Below, piece after piece: positions 1 through 15,056 of a stretch of DNA of 64,000 nucleotides. The stretch lies in NCBI GenBank assembly GCA_012295275.1, contig CM022679.1, forward strand, positions 3,410,001 through 3,474,000. Reading direction: 5' to 3'. The number at the start of each line of letters is the position of its first letter. The first letter of the stretch is position 1. The notes beneath the pieces were generated by a model. That model saw nothing but the letters and a program-made list of their open reading frames with translations. It was not told where the DNA came from and searched no databases. A program made the position numbers and the translations under genes. This DNA comes from Chrysomallon squamiferum (Eukaryota; Animalia; Mollusca).

Positions 1-176
1 ACCTCTGCACATCTGGTTTGTGATGAATGTGACAGTTTGACACATTACATTACCTTTTTTTCTCCTTTCACAACTTTAACAAACAAACAAAAAATAAAAC
101 ATTATATAACATGATTTAAAAATCTTGTTCTCTCTTAAACAAACACTTCTTTTTTAAGTAGATGTTTATAATTTAC

Positions 177-1791
177 CTCCTTCCCTGATTTCCCACAAAA
201 AGAACATTTCTTGCACTCAATACATTGCCATCTCAAGGTCCTCACTTTTTCGGCAAGATGGGGTGAAAATTTGAGGCATGATGGATGACCTAAAGATAAT
301 TTTTAATTTTTAGAATGAACAGAAATAATGTCAGTTTCAAAGTAAGGTAAAATACTAATCAAATGATGATGATATACAGTTAATATAAATATGTTTTCAT
401 TGCAGCTTATAGTTTTGGTGGTGTATTTTTTTGTTATAAAAGTCATTATGATTTTTACATGACACTTCCACATTTTTTAAAATTCAAAACAGTAATTATA
501 CACATAGCATACTTCCTGACGGCGTTATGAAACAAAAGCTCTGTAAAAATGCAAACTTTATTTGAACCTACCACTGCTTCCACAGTTGGCACATGAAATA
601 AGAGCTTCTTCTTCACCATGCCTGTTCTTTTCTGCAGTGCCAAGACAGAAACTGCAGATAGGTAATGGACGGGCACATTTCTGTGGAAAATAAATAAATA
701 AATAAATAAAATAATAATTAAAATAATAATAAAAATACCTTTTAAAAATGTTACACAATTATGAAATTATATATTTTTATTATTTGTTTGAAATGCAATC
801 ATAGTGATTTTTCAAAACTAATATTGCATTTAACTGACAAGCCAGAACACTGGAAAAACTAAACACTATGATAAACAACATGCTATCTAGATAGACATAC
901 ATTTCCTTCAAAGTGAGTTCTATATGATAAAACATGTTATAACCTCTAAATCAATTAGAATTATTAGAATTATATCTTAATACAATTGTTGTGATGAAGC
1001 AGTAGTATCCCCATGAATATACTTTCCTGCATTATCTTTATACTTTTGAACTGAGTTAATAAATTGAATTAATAGTGCATTTTCATATTTAATCGACAGT
1101 TCAAACTTCTACTGTAACTGGTAATGCATCTTGCTATTCCATAAAAAAAAAAATAATAATAATAATATGAATGGCAAGATCTGAAAACATCTGCTTAGTT
1201 TTTTCATTACAAAGTAAATATTTTTAAAATAGGAAAATAATTTTTAACAATATTCAGTAGAAATTTGAGTACATCTCATAGGTGTCCTAGATAAATTTTC
1301 ATATACAGATTAAATACAAAAATAATTTCTTCACTTAAAATTTTCAATTTGACAATGTTTGGACAAAGTGCAGTTTTAGTTAAACTTCATTTGATAATAT
1401 AAACTATGTAACTAAATGTTTAACAATTAATGCCATTAAAGTATTTTAAAATTTAGGAAAGTATATGGCAAATTTCAACTTTTTTTCTTTTCTTTTTTTA
1501 ATTATTTAACATAAATTAATTAAAACTGTTACTGAACAAAAACATTTTATTTATTTGCCTTTTGGAATGCCATGTAATAATAAAAAAATATATATATCAA
1601 AGTTATATAATCTTTATGTACAAAATTTTACTATTAATTTTTAGTTTAAATTTAAAATATTTAATGTCAAAAATTGTAAATACAACTTATTTTTTTACAG
1701 ATCTATCCAACCCTCTACCTATATATATATATAAACATTATATAATAATCCTAATTACAAATTTTTATAATATTTCACTATATATATAAAT

Positions 1792-1847
<56 letters not shown>

Positions 1848-4386
1848 CATGTTTTTCCATTTTAAGAATATTCATAAATCCAAAAATATTTATGTAATAT
1901 TTATTCTTAGTCTTAATTTTATGTATTCATTAAAAAAATATATTAAATTAAAAATAAAATCATTATTCATGTATTTTCAGATAATTCATTATTAACTTTT
2001 TAAATTATTTTAATTTTAACAACAATAATAATGAAGACAAAAATAAAATAAATAAATAATAACAATAAATGATAGTGATAATATTGGAACCTACTGACAG
2101 TCAATTTCAAAAACAAATGAATATTTAAATATACTAATTTTTTTTACTGAAGGTGTTGTTGATGTAACAAACACATTTTTTTTTTTTTTTTTAAAAGAAA
2201 GAAAAATAACAAAATAAAGTGTGAAATAATAATAATGGTAATATAATACAACAGTTTAATATTCCAAAAATGGGACATCTGTAGACCAATAATAATCTTT
2301 TAATATCAAGTACATTATAATTTATGATTTATAAAGGATGTCATTTCAAACAGGAAATAATGTTTGATGCTTGACTGGTTTATGGGAAATATATATGTAT
2401 TATATCACTGTATCACCTAATACACTGGTTGAAAAAGAACTGTTGATTTTTAAAGTGCTGTTAATTGGAACCGTTGAAAAGCTGTGACAGAGTGAAATCC
2501 TTACTTCTTTGAGTGGCAGCTCACCATGCACACAGCATGACCTTACACATTTAACCAGTCTCCTACAGTAATATTGATTTTTCAATGAGCATTATCATAG
2601 AAGAGGTATCACTTGATATCAACAAGAACAAGCACGGAGCCATGTTGCAGCTCAATCCCAAGGACTATATCAATCAATAGCCTTAACGCTTTTGATATAT
2701 CATCATTCTTAACTTGACCTTAGATATACAAATGCATATATATTTCTGCACCCATAGACAACTTGTAGCAATGTATCTGTTTCTTAAATTGTATTGATGA
2801 ATGTACTTACATGCATATTATGTAGCTAAACATGCATACACCAATACATTTCTTGCAACACTGAATGAGGTTTTGTTTGGTTTGTTCTTGTTTATTAAGA
2901 TACAAGCCAATTTTATAGGGGAAAAACAAAATAATAATAATAATAATAATAATTATAATTATTATTTTTAATTTTCAATATAAGCATGAAAAATAATTTT
3001 AATAAAATTTAATATTAGTTCAAACACAATTTCACAAAACCATATATGGATATATTTGCAATTTTAAATGTGGCTTTCACTGTGGTTTTAACTGAAACAG
3101 CTGTTGCCATTTGTATTAAGTAACAATTTGTGGTGTTTAATATAAGGTAGACTAGTTTGATAATGCATGCTTGTGATTTCTTCATTAATGTACATGATAT
3201 TTTTAAACAATTTAACGGAAATACAGATAGTAATGTAAATTTAAAAGGAAAAATCAGAATGCTAAAGTTGTTATTTATAATTCCTGATCTACTAAAAATT
3301 ATGATCAAATAAACTGTTAATAAGTGAAAAATATTTATTAAGTGACATTTATTTAAGTAACTTTATACAGAACAAAATTAATTGGTTTAGTGTTGGGTTT
3401 ATAAAACATTTATAAGTTTTATAAAAGTTTCTACACTGAGTTAAGAATCTATTTTGTGAAATACAATTATTTTTGTTCCATAAAATTAACAAATAGAATT
3501 AAAAATATTAAAAAGTTGGAAAATGCACATAATAATAATAAAAAAAAAATCTAAAATGTATTAGTGATCAGTAAATTTTAATTTATATTTCAAAACATTC
3601 AGAATCTATGAAAAAAATTGAAAAAATAAAATCTTATCAGCAGACATAAAAAAAAAATAATAAAATAAATGTTAATGATGTGAAAGGAACAGGTTCGAGA
3701 ATTATTTTTACTTCCTTCATACTACTATATTAACTTTTTTCTTTTTTAATAAATATATAAAAAACTGAAAATGAAATGATAATACTCACTTTGTGTCTTT
3801 CAAATGGAAGAATTATGTTCGAACCAATATCCTCCTCAAAACTTTGAAAACTACAGCTACTTGAACCGATAGAATCTGATTCAGTATGAGCTCCCAATTT
3901 CACATGTCTTCCTTCCTGAACTAAAGTTCCTTTTCGAATTCCTTGTTTTAAGGAAAGTCTTAACTGGGTTAATAAATCAACTCCATCACACAGTTCAATT
4001 CTGTAACTTCTTAAAATAAATTTTTCAATGTTTTTCAAAGTTGATCCTCCAACTTCACCAAGTTCTTTGACAGATCGCACAATAATTTTTGTCAAATCAG
4101 CTTTCTTTCCAACTTTTAGTCGTCGTGTACGTAATTTTAAAATTCTGTCTGGATCTTTGTATGTAACCAAACCTTTGTTGTAAACTTTTAAAATTGAACC
4201 ATCTTTCACAGATAACTCCAACTGTTCCTTGATGGAATCACGGCTAACTTTATGGTTCTGAAGTATAGCATGACAAATCCTGTCAAAGCTGGGGCGCTGC
4301 TTTTGAAATTTTACTTTCCTAACAGCTTCAATAAGCCAGGCAGTATAGGTTGGGTTTCCAAATCCTGAATGTCCTTCTTTTACCAT
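177..4386 (-). CDS. KAT6A: KAT6A/KAT6B (MOZ/MORF/enok)-like MYST histone acetyltransferase, 5' portion; coding exons 4386-3790, 680-572, 289-177; gene continues beyond the window start
   Basis: The N-terminus MVK...[23 protein letters not shown]...[26 protein letters not shown] matches the KAT6 winged-helix domain and is followed by an H15-like segment. The next exons encode the double PHD finger (PICSFCLGT...[21 protein letters not shown]...[14 protein letters not shown]). Junctions are GT-AG with phases 0, 1, 0. A versus B cannot be distinguished; this is probably a single invertebrate co-ortholog. Confidence 0.95.
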
Positions 4387-4949
4387 GATAGGCAGTGAAT
4401 TTATTAGATGCAAACAGGTAATAAAACGGTTGTTACACTGAACATTTTATTTATAAAAGTTGTCATCTGTTTTTCAAAAACAAAGTATATTATAGCAATA
4501 TCTACAAATAATAATCAAGTATTTCTTATAAATAATTTACGTCATATTTGCTGTTAATTAACGGTTGTCACTCCTCAATGGCCAGCATTGTTGCGACTCG
4601 ATGGTTTTTTTTCTCAAAATGTACTTAGCCATGTCAGACCTGGAAAAAAAAAAAAAAAAAGAAATTTTTAGTAAACTGATTTTACTGAAAATTCTAAATA
4701 TCTTATTAATAAAACAAAATATTTTAAAAATTAAAAAATAAAAATGTCGACCTACTAACACAAAATTTGCTAAAATGAAGTAGCTAGACAAAGAAAGCGC
4801 TAAGAAAATTAAGGTTAGGACAAAGGGTGTATTACTTATACTTATAACAGAAACCATTTCGAAAACATCTCCTTAAATAGCAATAAAACACTGGCAGAAC
4901 TTAACAAATTTGATAATATTACTTTGTGAATTACTGCTGCGCAGTGGAT

Positions 4950-5650
4950 AAAAAACAATGGCGACAAAAATCTCGCACTTCGTTTGAAGACGGCAAAATG
5001 GCGGTTCATCGCGTCGCAAAGCGAGGTTGCGATCACCACAAAAAAACAGCAAATCGCCATTAACAAAGCTACAGGAAACCAACTGCTATACTAACATGAC
5101 ATGTTTATAATTAAAACTAATTATTTATTTATATTTTTAAGGCTGACACTAGCCAGAAAAGACTAAAAACCTATTAATCCGCATATGTTTGCAACTTGCA
5201 TTCCGCGCGGAATAAGCGGGTCTTAAAAACATAAATATAAGAAAAACTCACCCTTTAAAATCAATTACAATATTTTGAATCACTTCTCCACCATTTTATC
5301 TTTCAGAATAGCATTATCTTATTTAGAAGACGAATTTCCCAACATGTACAAAATTGATCAAAGATGCACAATTCTAAGTCCACCATTTTGAAGATTCTCT
5401 GTTCAAATATGGCCGCTGCGCAAAACAGACGTTGGCCAATTAGTTGGGAGAATAACGATTTTCATCAGTATAGATCACTTTTTTGTTTGATTATTTTACT
5501 TATATAAAGTATATTTACTGAAATATTACTGCACTATTTTTATTCACTAATAAATATATTATGTGCATGTAATAAATGATAAAGAAACATTGTTTTATTT
5601 TAAAGATATATTTAATAATCTTCAGTTAAGCGAGGCCATTTTCTCCCGTA
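4950..5650 (-). promoter_or_regulatory. Putative KAT6 promoter, non-coding exon 1 and CpG-enriched first intron
   Basis: There is a minus-strand donor gtgagt at 5251-5246 and an acceptor ttttccag before 4639. CpG is locally enriched. YY1-like motifs occur at ~4995 (CAAAATGGCGG), ~4957 (AATGGCGAC), ~5382 (CCATTTTG) and ~5635 (GCCATTTT), with CCAAT at ~5435. Confidence 0.55.
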
Positions 5651-6039
5651 AGTGTGTCATGTTGAAGCGATCTGTCCTGTGCTTTAACGAGACGCATTTT
5701 CATTGGTTAAGAAAGCATAAGGTAAACACATATGCCCCACCGGCACTCTTAACGAGTTCAAACGTAAATACATTAGAATCAACAATTACATGCATCATGT
5801 AATCTAATATGCTTTATCAAACCAATCACATACTGTTATAATTTTTGATAAATGATATCAAATGATGTTACAATGTTTCACAATGTTTATTTTAATAAAG
5901 ATGTTACTGAGTTAATAAAATATGATGAATCAAACTTCAAATATAGACCTTGTTTTCGGCCTGTTAAAGATAATTATAATAAATTTAAGTAAATTAATTT
6001 TAAATCACTTATTTCAATGCTAAATGAACGGTAAAGATA

Positions 6040-6124
<85 letters not shown>

Positions 6125-6156
6125 TAAATTTTCCGAAAAACAAATATTGAAATTTT

Positions 6157-6194
<38 letters not shown>

Positions 6195-6821
6195 TCATTA
6201 TAATTATTAATTTAATTTGGAGTTTTCGATATAAATAGAATAATGCTTTAACCGTTGGAATGTAAGTAAACATACACTTTTAAAAGGCTTTATAACAAAC
6301 AAATTTAATTTTAATCCAGAAACATTGTGTTCAGACATAAAATCCAAAACTATCACATTGAAATTAAAACAAATAATTTAATAACAATGACTTTACTGTC
6401 ATTCATTCGGATAAAAAGATTATTTGTTTTTATTTTTTATTTATTTAGAATGCCTAATAAATGCAAGGTTGTACTTAAAATCATTTTTATTTAGCAGACA
6501 CAGTAAGAAAGACAGACAAACAGCTGGACAGACAAAATTAGGCTGATATTAATTAAGCCTGTTTCCACCTTCATTATTTAATTATACATATGCTTGGCTT
6601 TGTAATCATAATGTAAATATGAACTTGAAATACTGTAAGTTAAAGCAATGCACGTGTAATAGTTTAAGTAGATAAGACATTTTGATCTTCGGTGCATCAT
6701 GGAAACAAGGAATTCCACGGCTTTAATTTCGTTCCCTAAGTCTGTGACTAACACCCATTTAAAATACATGAATCAGTTTAAAATGTTTGCTATGATTAAC
6801 TAGTTATGACATCACCGAGAG

Positions 6822-6865
<44 letters not shown>

Positions 6866-7353
6866 GTCGTCAGTAACTCTGCGAAGAGTGCCCAATCAGA
6901 AATCAATTTAAATCTTCACGTTTGGAGATCGGCTGGATATTGATTAGTTACACAAATATGACAATTACATGTCTGCGACTAGGGACCGATTTAGTCGCCT
7001 CGGCTTTTGAAATTGATAGGCTCAACGACGCATTCTGCTTTGCATGTCTCAACTGCTGAAATTTACACTGTTAATGCACTGTGCACAGAGCATGCGAATC
7101 CCAGTACAAGCGCTAAAACGATAAAAAAAAAAAAAAAAAAAATATTCCAAATTAGCTGCTGCAGCGCAGAGCACAAAATACTTACGACGATCGTAAACGG
7201 TGTAACTACAAAAACGAGACCACAATGTTTATTTTAATTTCATTTATTTATTTATTTATTGACGTCGGCGTGATAAATAGCTGTTATCTGCAACGGAAAG
7301 AAAACATTTATTCTGTTGCGGCTAAAATATATAAATAAATAAATAAATTTAAA

Positions 7354-7419
<66 letters not shown>

Positions 7420-7508
7420 ACTAAACCTCAATAACAAAACGAAATCACAAAAACGAACAGAACAAAAAAAAAAAAAAAAAAAAAAAAAATCCAGTCAATA
7501 ACAACAGC

Positions 7509-7556
<48 letters not shown>

Positions 7557-7812
7557 CATCATAAACAAATACCTAATCAGAAAAATTAATACATTCTTAA
7601 TGCATTAAACCTCATGGATTAACACCTTCATCATATTTCTGTTTATTTATTTTAAATATTTTGTTCACGTAATTTATTTCAAAATTATTTTTCTTCCTTT
7701 TTCCTTTTTTCGGTTTCTTTTTTTCTTTCTTTCTTCTTTTTTAAATTAAATTAAATTTTATTTATTTATTTATTATTTAATTATTTATTTATTCTTATTA
7801 TCATTATTATTC

Positions 7813-7862
<50 letters not shown>

Positions 7863-8393
7863 TTCTTAATACCATTCAACTTCTTTGTTCACGAAAGATT
7901 TTTGACATCGAAATATTTCACAGGTGGTTTGTAAGGATAAAAACCAAGAACTCATATTACAGAGGAAAAGAAACCAGAAACACTTCACATGGAAAAACAC
8001 AATGAAAAATAATCCCCAAACTCTCCTCAAAATGCCCCCAAAAAAAAAAAACAACACCTCCAACAAAACAATCGACAACAGCTGTCCATACCACATGTTT
8101 GTCCCAACACGTTTTGCATCAGTGAAACTGTACACTTAGTTTCAATTGTTAAACACAAAAGCCACAAAGCAGAGGAAAAGATGTACCGTATGTTGACGCG
8201 TGAACCTTAAATACGTCCATGAAAAAAAAAAAAACGAAAAAAGAAGAAGAAAAAAATAGAAAAGAAAATGAATTACACGACTTACGTTGTTGTGTCAGTT
8301 ACATCGCGTATTTTGATAATGCTTATTGTACACAAAAGAGAAAATTAAGAAAAGAAAGACGAAAAAAAAAAAAAAGAAAGAAAGAAAGAAAGA

Positions 8394-8442
<49 letters not shown>

Positions 8443-8563
8443 TATAGATACATAGCAAAAAAAAGAAGAAAACCTAACATAATTATAGAAACTTTTTATT
8501 TTTGCTTTATTATTATTGTTTCATTACTGGGTTTATAATAATAATAATAATAATAATAATTAT

Positions 8564-8601
<38 letters not shown>

Positions 8602-8794
8602 GAGTTAGCAACAAATGCCAGAGACACATATGAGAGGTTTTTTTTTTTATATACAGAAATCATTTTCAGAAAATAAAATAAAATAAAATAAACAAAATGA
8701 AAAAAAAAAAAAAAACAAAAAAAAACAAGTTGATAATGCCCTTTTAGTTTCGACATGTCGGAGGCACATTATATGGAATCTAATTACAAACTCT

Positions 8795-8837
<43 letters not shown>

Positions 8838-9171
8838 CATCTTATTTTTAAACAAGACCAGACAAATTCTATCAATGAACATGAATCGTGGAAAGCGCGT
8901 GCCACGCGCTGTTGAGCACGAGATCCAACTGGCAGATTAATGACGCAAAACAAAGATAACGACTGGTGGTGGAAAAAACCTACCTAAGGATAGACCTCAG
9001 CCGCACGAAAAGAAAGAAACACAGAGAAGGCGAGACAGCAAAGTAAACACAGCGATTTATTGCTCTGACGTACTGATAAAGATGCATTCAGAGTGAATAC
9101 AGGTCGCGAGCTCAGACTGCAGGCTCATACAATAGACGTATGGGGTCCTCTTTATTAGATACCCGTATCTC

Positions 9172-9236
9172 ATGTCCTACTACTTCGTCTACTACTACTA
9201 CTCTATTATTCCTACTGCTACGCTGCTACTACACTG

Positions 9237-9278
<42 letters not shown>

Positions 9279-9630
9279 TATTATTCCTACTACTACTACT
9301 AATACTATTATTCCTATTACTACGCTGATACTACTACTACTACTGTTACTGATACTACTATTTCTGCTACTACTACTACTGCCAACACCACACTTATTAT
9401 TACCATTATTACTATTATATGTTATTATTGCCTCTACTAAAACAACCACTACTACAACTACAACTACAACTACTACTATTGCTACTACTACTACTACTAT
9501 TGCCAATGCCACACTTATTATTACCATTATTACTAATACATGTTATTATTACTACTACTAAAACAACCACTATTATAACTACTTCTACTATATTACTATT
9601 ACAACAACAACTACTACTACTACTGCTAAA
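9172..9630. repeat. Compound (CTA/TAC)n trinucleotide low-complexity tract with internal duplications
   Basis: (TAC)n runs are visible. The unit gcca(a/t)...ccacacttattattaccattattact is repeated at ~9381 and ~9502. Confidence 0.85.
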
Positions 9631-10664
9631 AAATCACCGTCACCACTGCTGTCACAATTATATAATACAAATAAGAAAGAAAGAAAAGAAAGGAAAGAGA
9701 ATAACAAATCAAAAATAATATAATAAAATTAAAAAATAATAATAATAATAATAATAATAAAAATAAAAATAAAAATAAATTCATTATTCCTTGAAAAATA
9801 AAAACGGAGAGAGAGTCTGTATCCTTGACACCGACTCATGAACATCATTTAATGGTTGGTTCTTAACACGAGTTAACTAAACACTCTACAACTTATCGTT
9901 TAAAATGACAAAACATCATCTTGTCATTAAATACATGTTAAACCAGTTGTTATTTAATTTAAAGAGAAACTAACGAAGCATTTTCGGCGCCAGAATATTG
10001 ACCCATAGACCTTAAAGGATCTTTTTCTCCATCACAATCAGCATCGTTATCAGTATGTTTATATTATCTTCAAGATGATGACGATGACAGTGATTATCAT
10101 CATTATCATCATCATCATCTTCTTCTTCTTCTTCTCATTATTACTGTTGTAATTTTATAATATTATTATTTTATTATTTTTTTGTTCCTATTGTAGTTGA
10201 ATATGTTGATATCATTATTGTAATTACTGTTATTATTACTAGTGTTGTTTGTTGTTGTTGTTGTTTCTTCTGTGTAATATTAAATTTTATGCATTATTTT
10301 CTCTCTTTGTTTCTTACAAAATAATTATTTAAAATAAAATTAATTATAAACCCAATAAAACATTTTCACTTGTTATTTACTTTCGAAAAGTAAATCAGAG
10401 TAAATCAGACTAAAATATCCTGCTTTAGTAGTTTCTTTAAACGTATAAAGTTTAATTGCGCCAGAGAAATAGTGTTTGATTTGGGAAAGTTTTATATGCT
10501 TCGTGAAAAAACCGAGTATTTTCTAAAAATGTAGAAAACTGAGAGTATCAGTAAGAACTGGTGCTCGATCCATGTAGCTATCATTATAAAGCCAATAACG
10601 TAACCATATTCTCCCCGTACCAATTCTGTTCTGCAAACAGATGGGTCGTAGATAAGCCAGTGAT

Positions 10665-10850
10665 ATCCATGACGTCAGAATCTATTCCGCACCATCTTGC
10701 TAACTGCAAACGTGGCAAGTAATCAATAACAGAAATAATAAAATAATGGAAGCGATTTAGATGTAGCTTCTTCGCAACTACAGAAAATGTCGTCTGCTGA
10801 CAGATATAAATAGACTGCAGCGGTGCATCGATACTGAAATCCCCACAGCA
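10665..10850 (+). promoter_or_regulatory. Candidate distal promoter (full CRE plus TATA box)
   Basis: TGACGTCA at ~10670-10677 and TATAAATAG at ~10805 lie in a less AT-rich island. Motif evidence only. Confidence 0.3.
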
Positions 10851-13138
10851 GTTACAAGTCTTATGCGAAAGAAGAGAATTATTATTATTATTATTTCCTG
10901 CTGCTGTTGTTGTAAACTGTTGTTTATTGCTTCATACGATGTCGTTGGATTTTATTGTTTTCTTAGAAAAACATTAAATTTTCATTCAATCGTGTGTTTT
11001 TTTATTTTAATTACCAGCATTATAGATATAACTAGCTGTGGTGTGATGGGTCTCAATATTAGTTCTCTTTAGTGCCTTCTTTGAACTATTTATTATTCCA
11101 GCCATTCCTACATGATTAATTCAACAAGGGTCGTGGTATATATTTTCCCCTCTAGTGAAACGAAAGCAAAAACAAACCGGATTAAATGCATCTAACGTTA
11201 TTTCTTAGAAATTTGCTTCTTTAACACAAGTTAATATCCTAGGAAATGATACACTGCAAGAATTTCTTTCATACAGGCGGCGGTCTGGCACTTAGCCTGC
11301 TGGTAAAGTGGAGTATCCAATGAGTTCATTCTGCTTTAATTCACAAAACGCGGAAACTCATCATGTAGCAGTAATATGACATTCAAGAAAATGTTGCAGT
11401 TAATTCTTCATTTGTTTGCAAATATGCGAAAATACTGGATTTAATGATTAAGGAAGAGTCTCATATGTTAAAACTTTCAAACATTTTTCTTTGTAAATAA
11501 TATGATATAATATAATATAATATAATATAATATAATATAATATAATATAATATAATATATCACATATATATATATATATACCAAGAAAAGATGGTTTAAT
11601 AATAAAAACATTTTTTTAAATTTAAATTAAAATTAAAAAAGAATGGAGGAAACCCCTTACTAAAATCTCACGTTTATGAAAGTGAATATATAAAGTGGAA
11701 ATAAAATTATAAAAATAAAATTAAAATAAATAAATTATGTATATAAAGAATAATAAAATATTATCAATAAAAAGAAGTAAATAAATAAATAAAATTACAA
11801 TAAAAATAATAAATAAATAAATATATAAATAAATAAATAAATAAATAAATAAAAAGACTGAATAGTTAATGAAAAGTGTTGAGGTGTCTTTCAGTAGCTG
11901 TTGTAGTAGTAGTAGTAGTAGTAGTAGTAATATTATTAGTATTAGTGCTAGTAGTATTAGTAAGTGTAGCAGTTTTATATTAATTAACTAATTAATTATT
12001 ATTATTATTGTTAGTAGTAGTAGTAGTAGTAATAGTATTTTGTATAACGAAGATACATTAAAGGAAACTATTTCTGTTTTTTCTGTGAATTACCGTTATG
12101 TGTGGCAAAGACTGAAATTAATGTTCAAGCGTTATGACCTTCTTCCCACCAGTTTGTTGCGGAATTCTGTCGAGGTTATCAGTTGAGTGCTAAACTCGCC
12201 TAGACGTTATTTATAATGTGAGATTAGTAGCAGTTTCACAACGACCTGTTTTAACAGAAAACTTCCCCCTCGGAACACTTCTCATCACTAGTACTATAAT
12301 CAAGTAAACAAATCTGGGTTAAGAAATTGGATAAAGCGATGTCCTCTTAAAAAAAAAAAAAAAAAAAAAAATTATCCGTTTTCGTTTATCGCGATCAGAT
12401 CCATAAACAGTGTTTTGAAAGAAGCGTTTCATGCAAGTGCCATTTATTTGATAATTTATACTTGTAAAGGCTATAACTTTTATAATTAGTTTCTATCTGA
12501 AGTGATTGTGAGTATTAATGCTAGAAATATTTAATTAAAAACATAAAGTGTCTTGTTTATTCGAATTTTTATTATATTTTTTTTTTTTTTTTTATTTTTT
12601 TATAGACAATCATGATAATTAGTATATTAAATCCGATTCAGTCCTAATTTGTTTTGTTCTGATACAGTTAATTATTATTAATTTTTTTTTAATTGTTGTG
12701 ATCAGGATATTACCTAATGATGATGACAGTAATTGTTTCTAGTTATTTACGCTTTTAGGTTCTTCTGTCGCATCTAGACTTGTAACAGTCTTCACTACTG
12801 ATTCCACATCACGACAAATCTTCTAACGCAGTTTGGAAATTAGGAAATAAATGTTTGTGTGTGATAATATCTCCATCAGTAAACCACTAACAAAACCGTA
12901 ACAGACTGCCTCTCCACTGTCTTAAACAATCATCTTCTGAAATGTTTAAAATCTAAGTGTTTTATAACGCTGGTTCTGATTATGTTAAATTAGTCTAAGC
13001 CCAAAAGTTAATATTTTTTCCCCTTTACTGACTGACAGCAGTTTTAATTAAGTGATGCTATGAAACGAGAACCAACTATATTTTAAAAATTTAATATATC
13101 TGAGGCACGATTGTCAGTATTGTAAAACAAAAGAAAAA

Positions 13139-13195
<57 letters not shown>

Positions 13196-13302
13196 TAATG
13201 TTCATAGAATCTGCAACACACAGTAGTTCTTTCTTTCTTTATTTATTTCAATTAATTATTCTACCTTTGTTTGTATTCTTCAATTTTTTTTAATTATTCC
13301 AG

Positions 13303-13344
13303 AGCGGTTGTTTATGTATAGTGCAAATCAGCTTGTCCTTACAG
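13303..13344 (+). other. Candidate 42-nt 5'-UTR exon of the NWD-like gene
   Basis: A pyrimidine-rich ttattccag acceptor and a strong CAG|gtaaga donor bound the segment. No transcript evidence. Confidence 0.3.
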
Positions 13345-13391
13345 GTAAGAGTTTTGAATGATTCGATGAAATGAAATTATCTAGAAATCAT

Positions 13392-13429
<38 letters not shown>

Positions 13430-14414
13430 TTGTGTATTCAAGTTATCCAGTAATATAATCAGATGTAGCTATCAAGTTCGTATTGCAAGCATAAAACTGG
13501 AAACATTTCAAAACGTATTTGAACGCATTGTACGAAATACATCTGAAATCGTCTCATTTTCTGACATATCAGTGTGTGTGTGTGTGTTTGTCTCGCGAGC
13601 AGTCTCGATAACCCTATTATTAAACATTAAAAGACAACGACGGCTCCCTGGTCGGCATCTAACTTGCGCTCGAGTAGATTAGACATCGTCAATCAATATT
13701 TACAAATGCCGAGTAACGATAGAAACCTGCAAGACTGTTGTTAGCCCGGAATCCTTCAAGCTGAATGTCGATTACGCGTTTATAGGCTTTACTGGGTATC
13801 AAATTATAACACTGCAAAGCAACTGCTGTTAGGCTTTTTTTTTTTTGTTGTTGTTGTTCGTCTTCTTCCGTTTTTTTCTTCAAGATCTCGATGCGGCAAA
13901 GAAATGTCCTGCTGGAATTAATGAGTAAATTAAGCGAAGTGTTACTTAGTTTAAATCCCCAGCTGGCTGGAGAAAGACACGCCGATAAATTTGATGATAG
14001 TGACGGTAACAAATATAGCGATTTTTTTTTTTCAAAAATTATTTTATTATTATTATTTTTTTTTTTAGAAAATATCTTTTTTTTTTTTTTTTTTTTTCAG
14101 AGTTGTTAAAGTGGAAAGAATATTAGTTTAATAAAATATTGAGTAAAAAGAAACCCCGAATGTAATACTCAGAAAGGGATTAAAAAAAATATAATAATAA
14201 ATAAATAAATAAAAAATAAAATAAATAAATGAATAAATAAATAATATGAGGAAAAGGAAAACAAACGGTATCATAAATGAAATGAATATGTCTTTAAAGG
14301 TGAAAACAAATTGCCTTTATAAAAACAAACGAATCGGGATCCTTTAATTGTGTGTATATTTATAATTATGTAACAAACGAACAGAAAAATAATTGAAACA
14401 CAAACAATGAATAG

Positions 14415-14458
<44 letters not shown>

Positions 14459-14965
14459 GATCAAAAAATACAAACAGAAAACAAACAAAAAACAAATAAT
14501 AAAAACAACACCAGTAATTATTATTAATTAATTATTTTATTTTATTTAATTATTAGTTTTTATATTATTATTATTTAATTAATCAATTAATTAATTAATT
14601 AATTAATTAATTAATTTATTTATTTATTTGTTTTTTAAGCTTAGACTAGCTACTGTTTTAATCGTGTTCCTTTAAGTAAATTACCTGACATGTCATAATT
14701 ATGTGGCTGATCTCGAGCAGCGCACGAGCACTCGGTTACATAAATATTATCGTTAACCTTCCGGTGACGACAGATGTAACAAAACGTGAGCGTTAAACAC
14801 GAATTAGGTTGCAGACGTGAAGCAAGTCTAATTTATATCGTTAACAACTGTTACCGTAAATAATACACCATCGATCATTCCGCTTGTTAAATAACGTAAT
14901 GATTTCCTCATTTGGCTTTAACACGTATTTAAAATTTAAAAATTCTGTTATTAATAAGTGAAAGC

Positions 14966-15015
<50 letters not shown>

Positions 15016-15024
15016 TTTTAGTTT

Positions 15025-15056
<32 letters not shown>

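Noticed and set aside
1-60. Possible next KAT6 exon at the window edge
   Set aside because: There is no pyrimidine-rich acceptor, and the translation does not match the expected PHD continuation.
6975-6998. GCGACTA...TAGTCGC hairpin as an ncRNA
   Set aside because: It is only a 7-bp stem with no other RNA-gene features. No tRNA or rRNA was recognised anywhere in the window.
9140-9718. Poly-T/L/Y/V ORFs here and similar ORFs at 15910-16152, 29125-29443, 38674-38948, 41572-41980, 44097-44415, 51908-52169 and 63556-63964
   Set aside because: Microsatellite artefacts with no coding signal.
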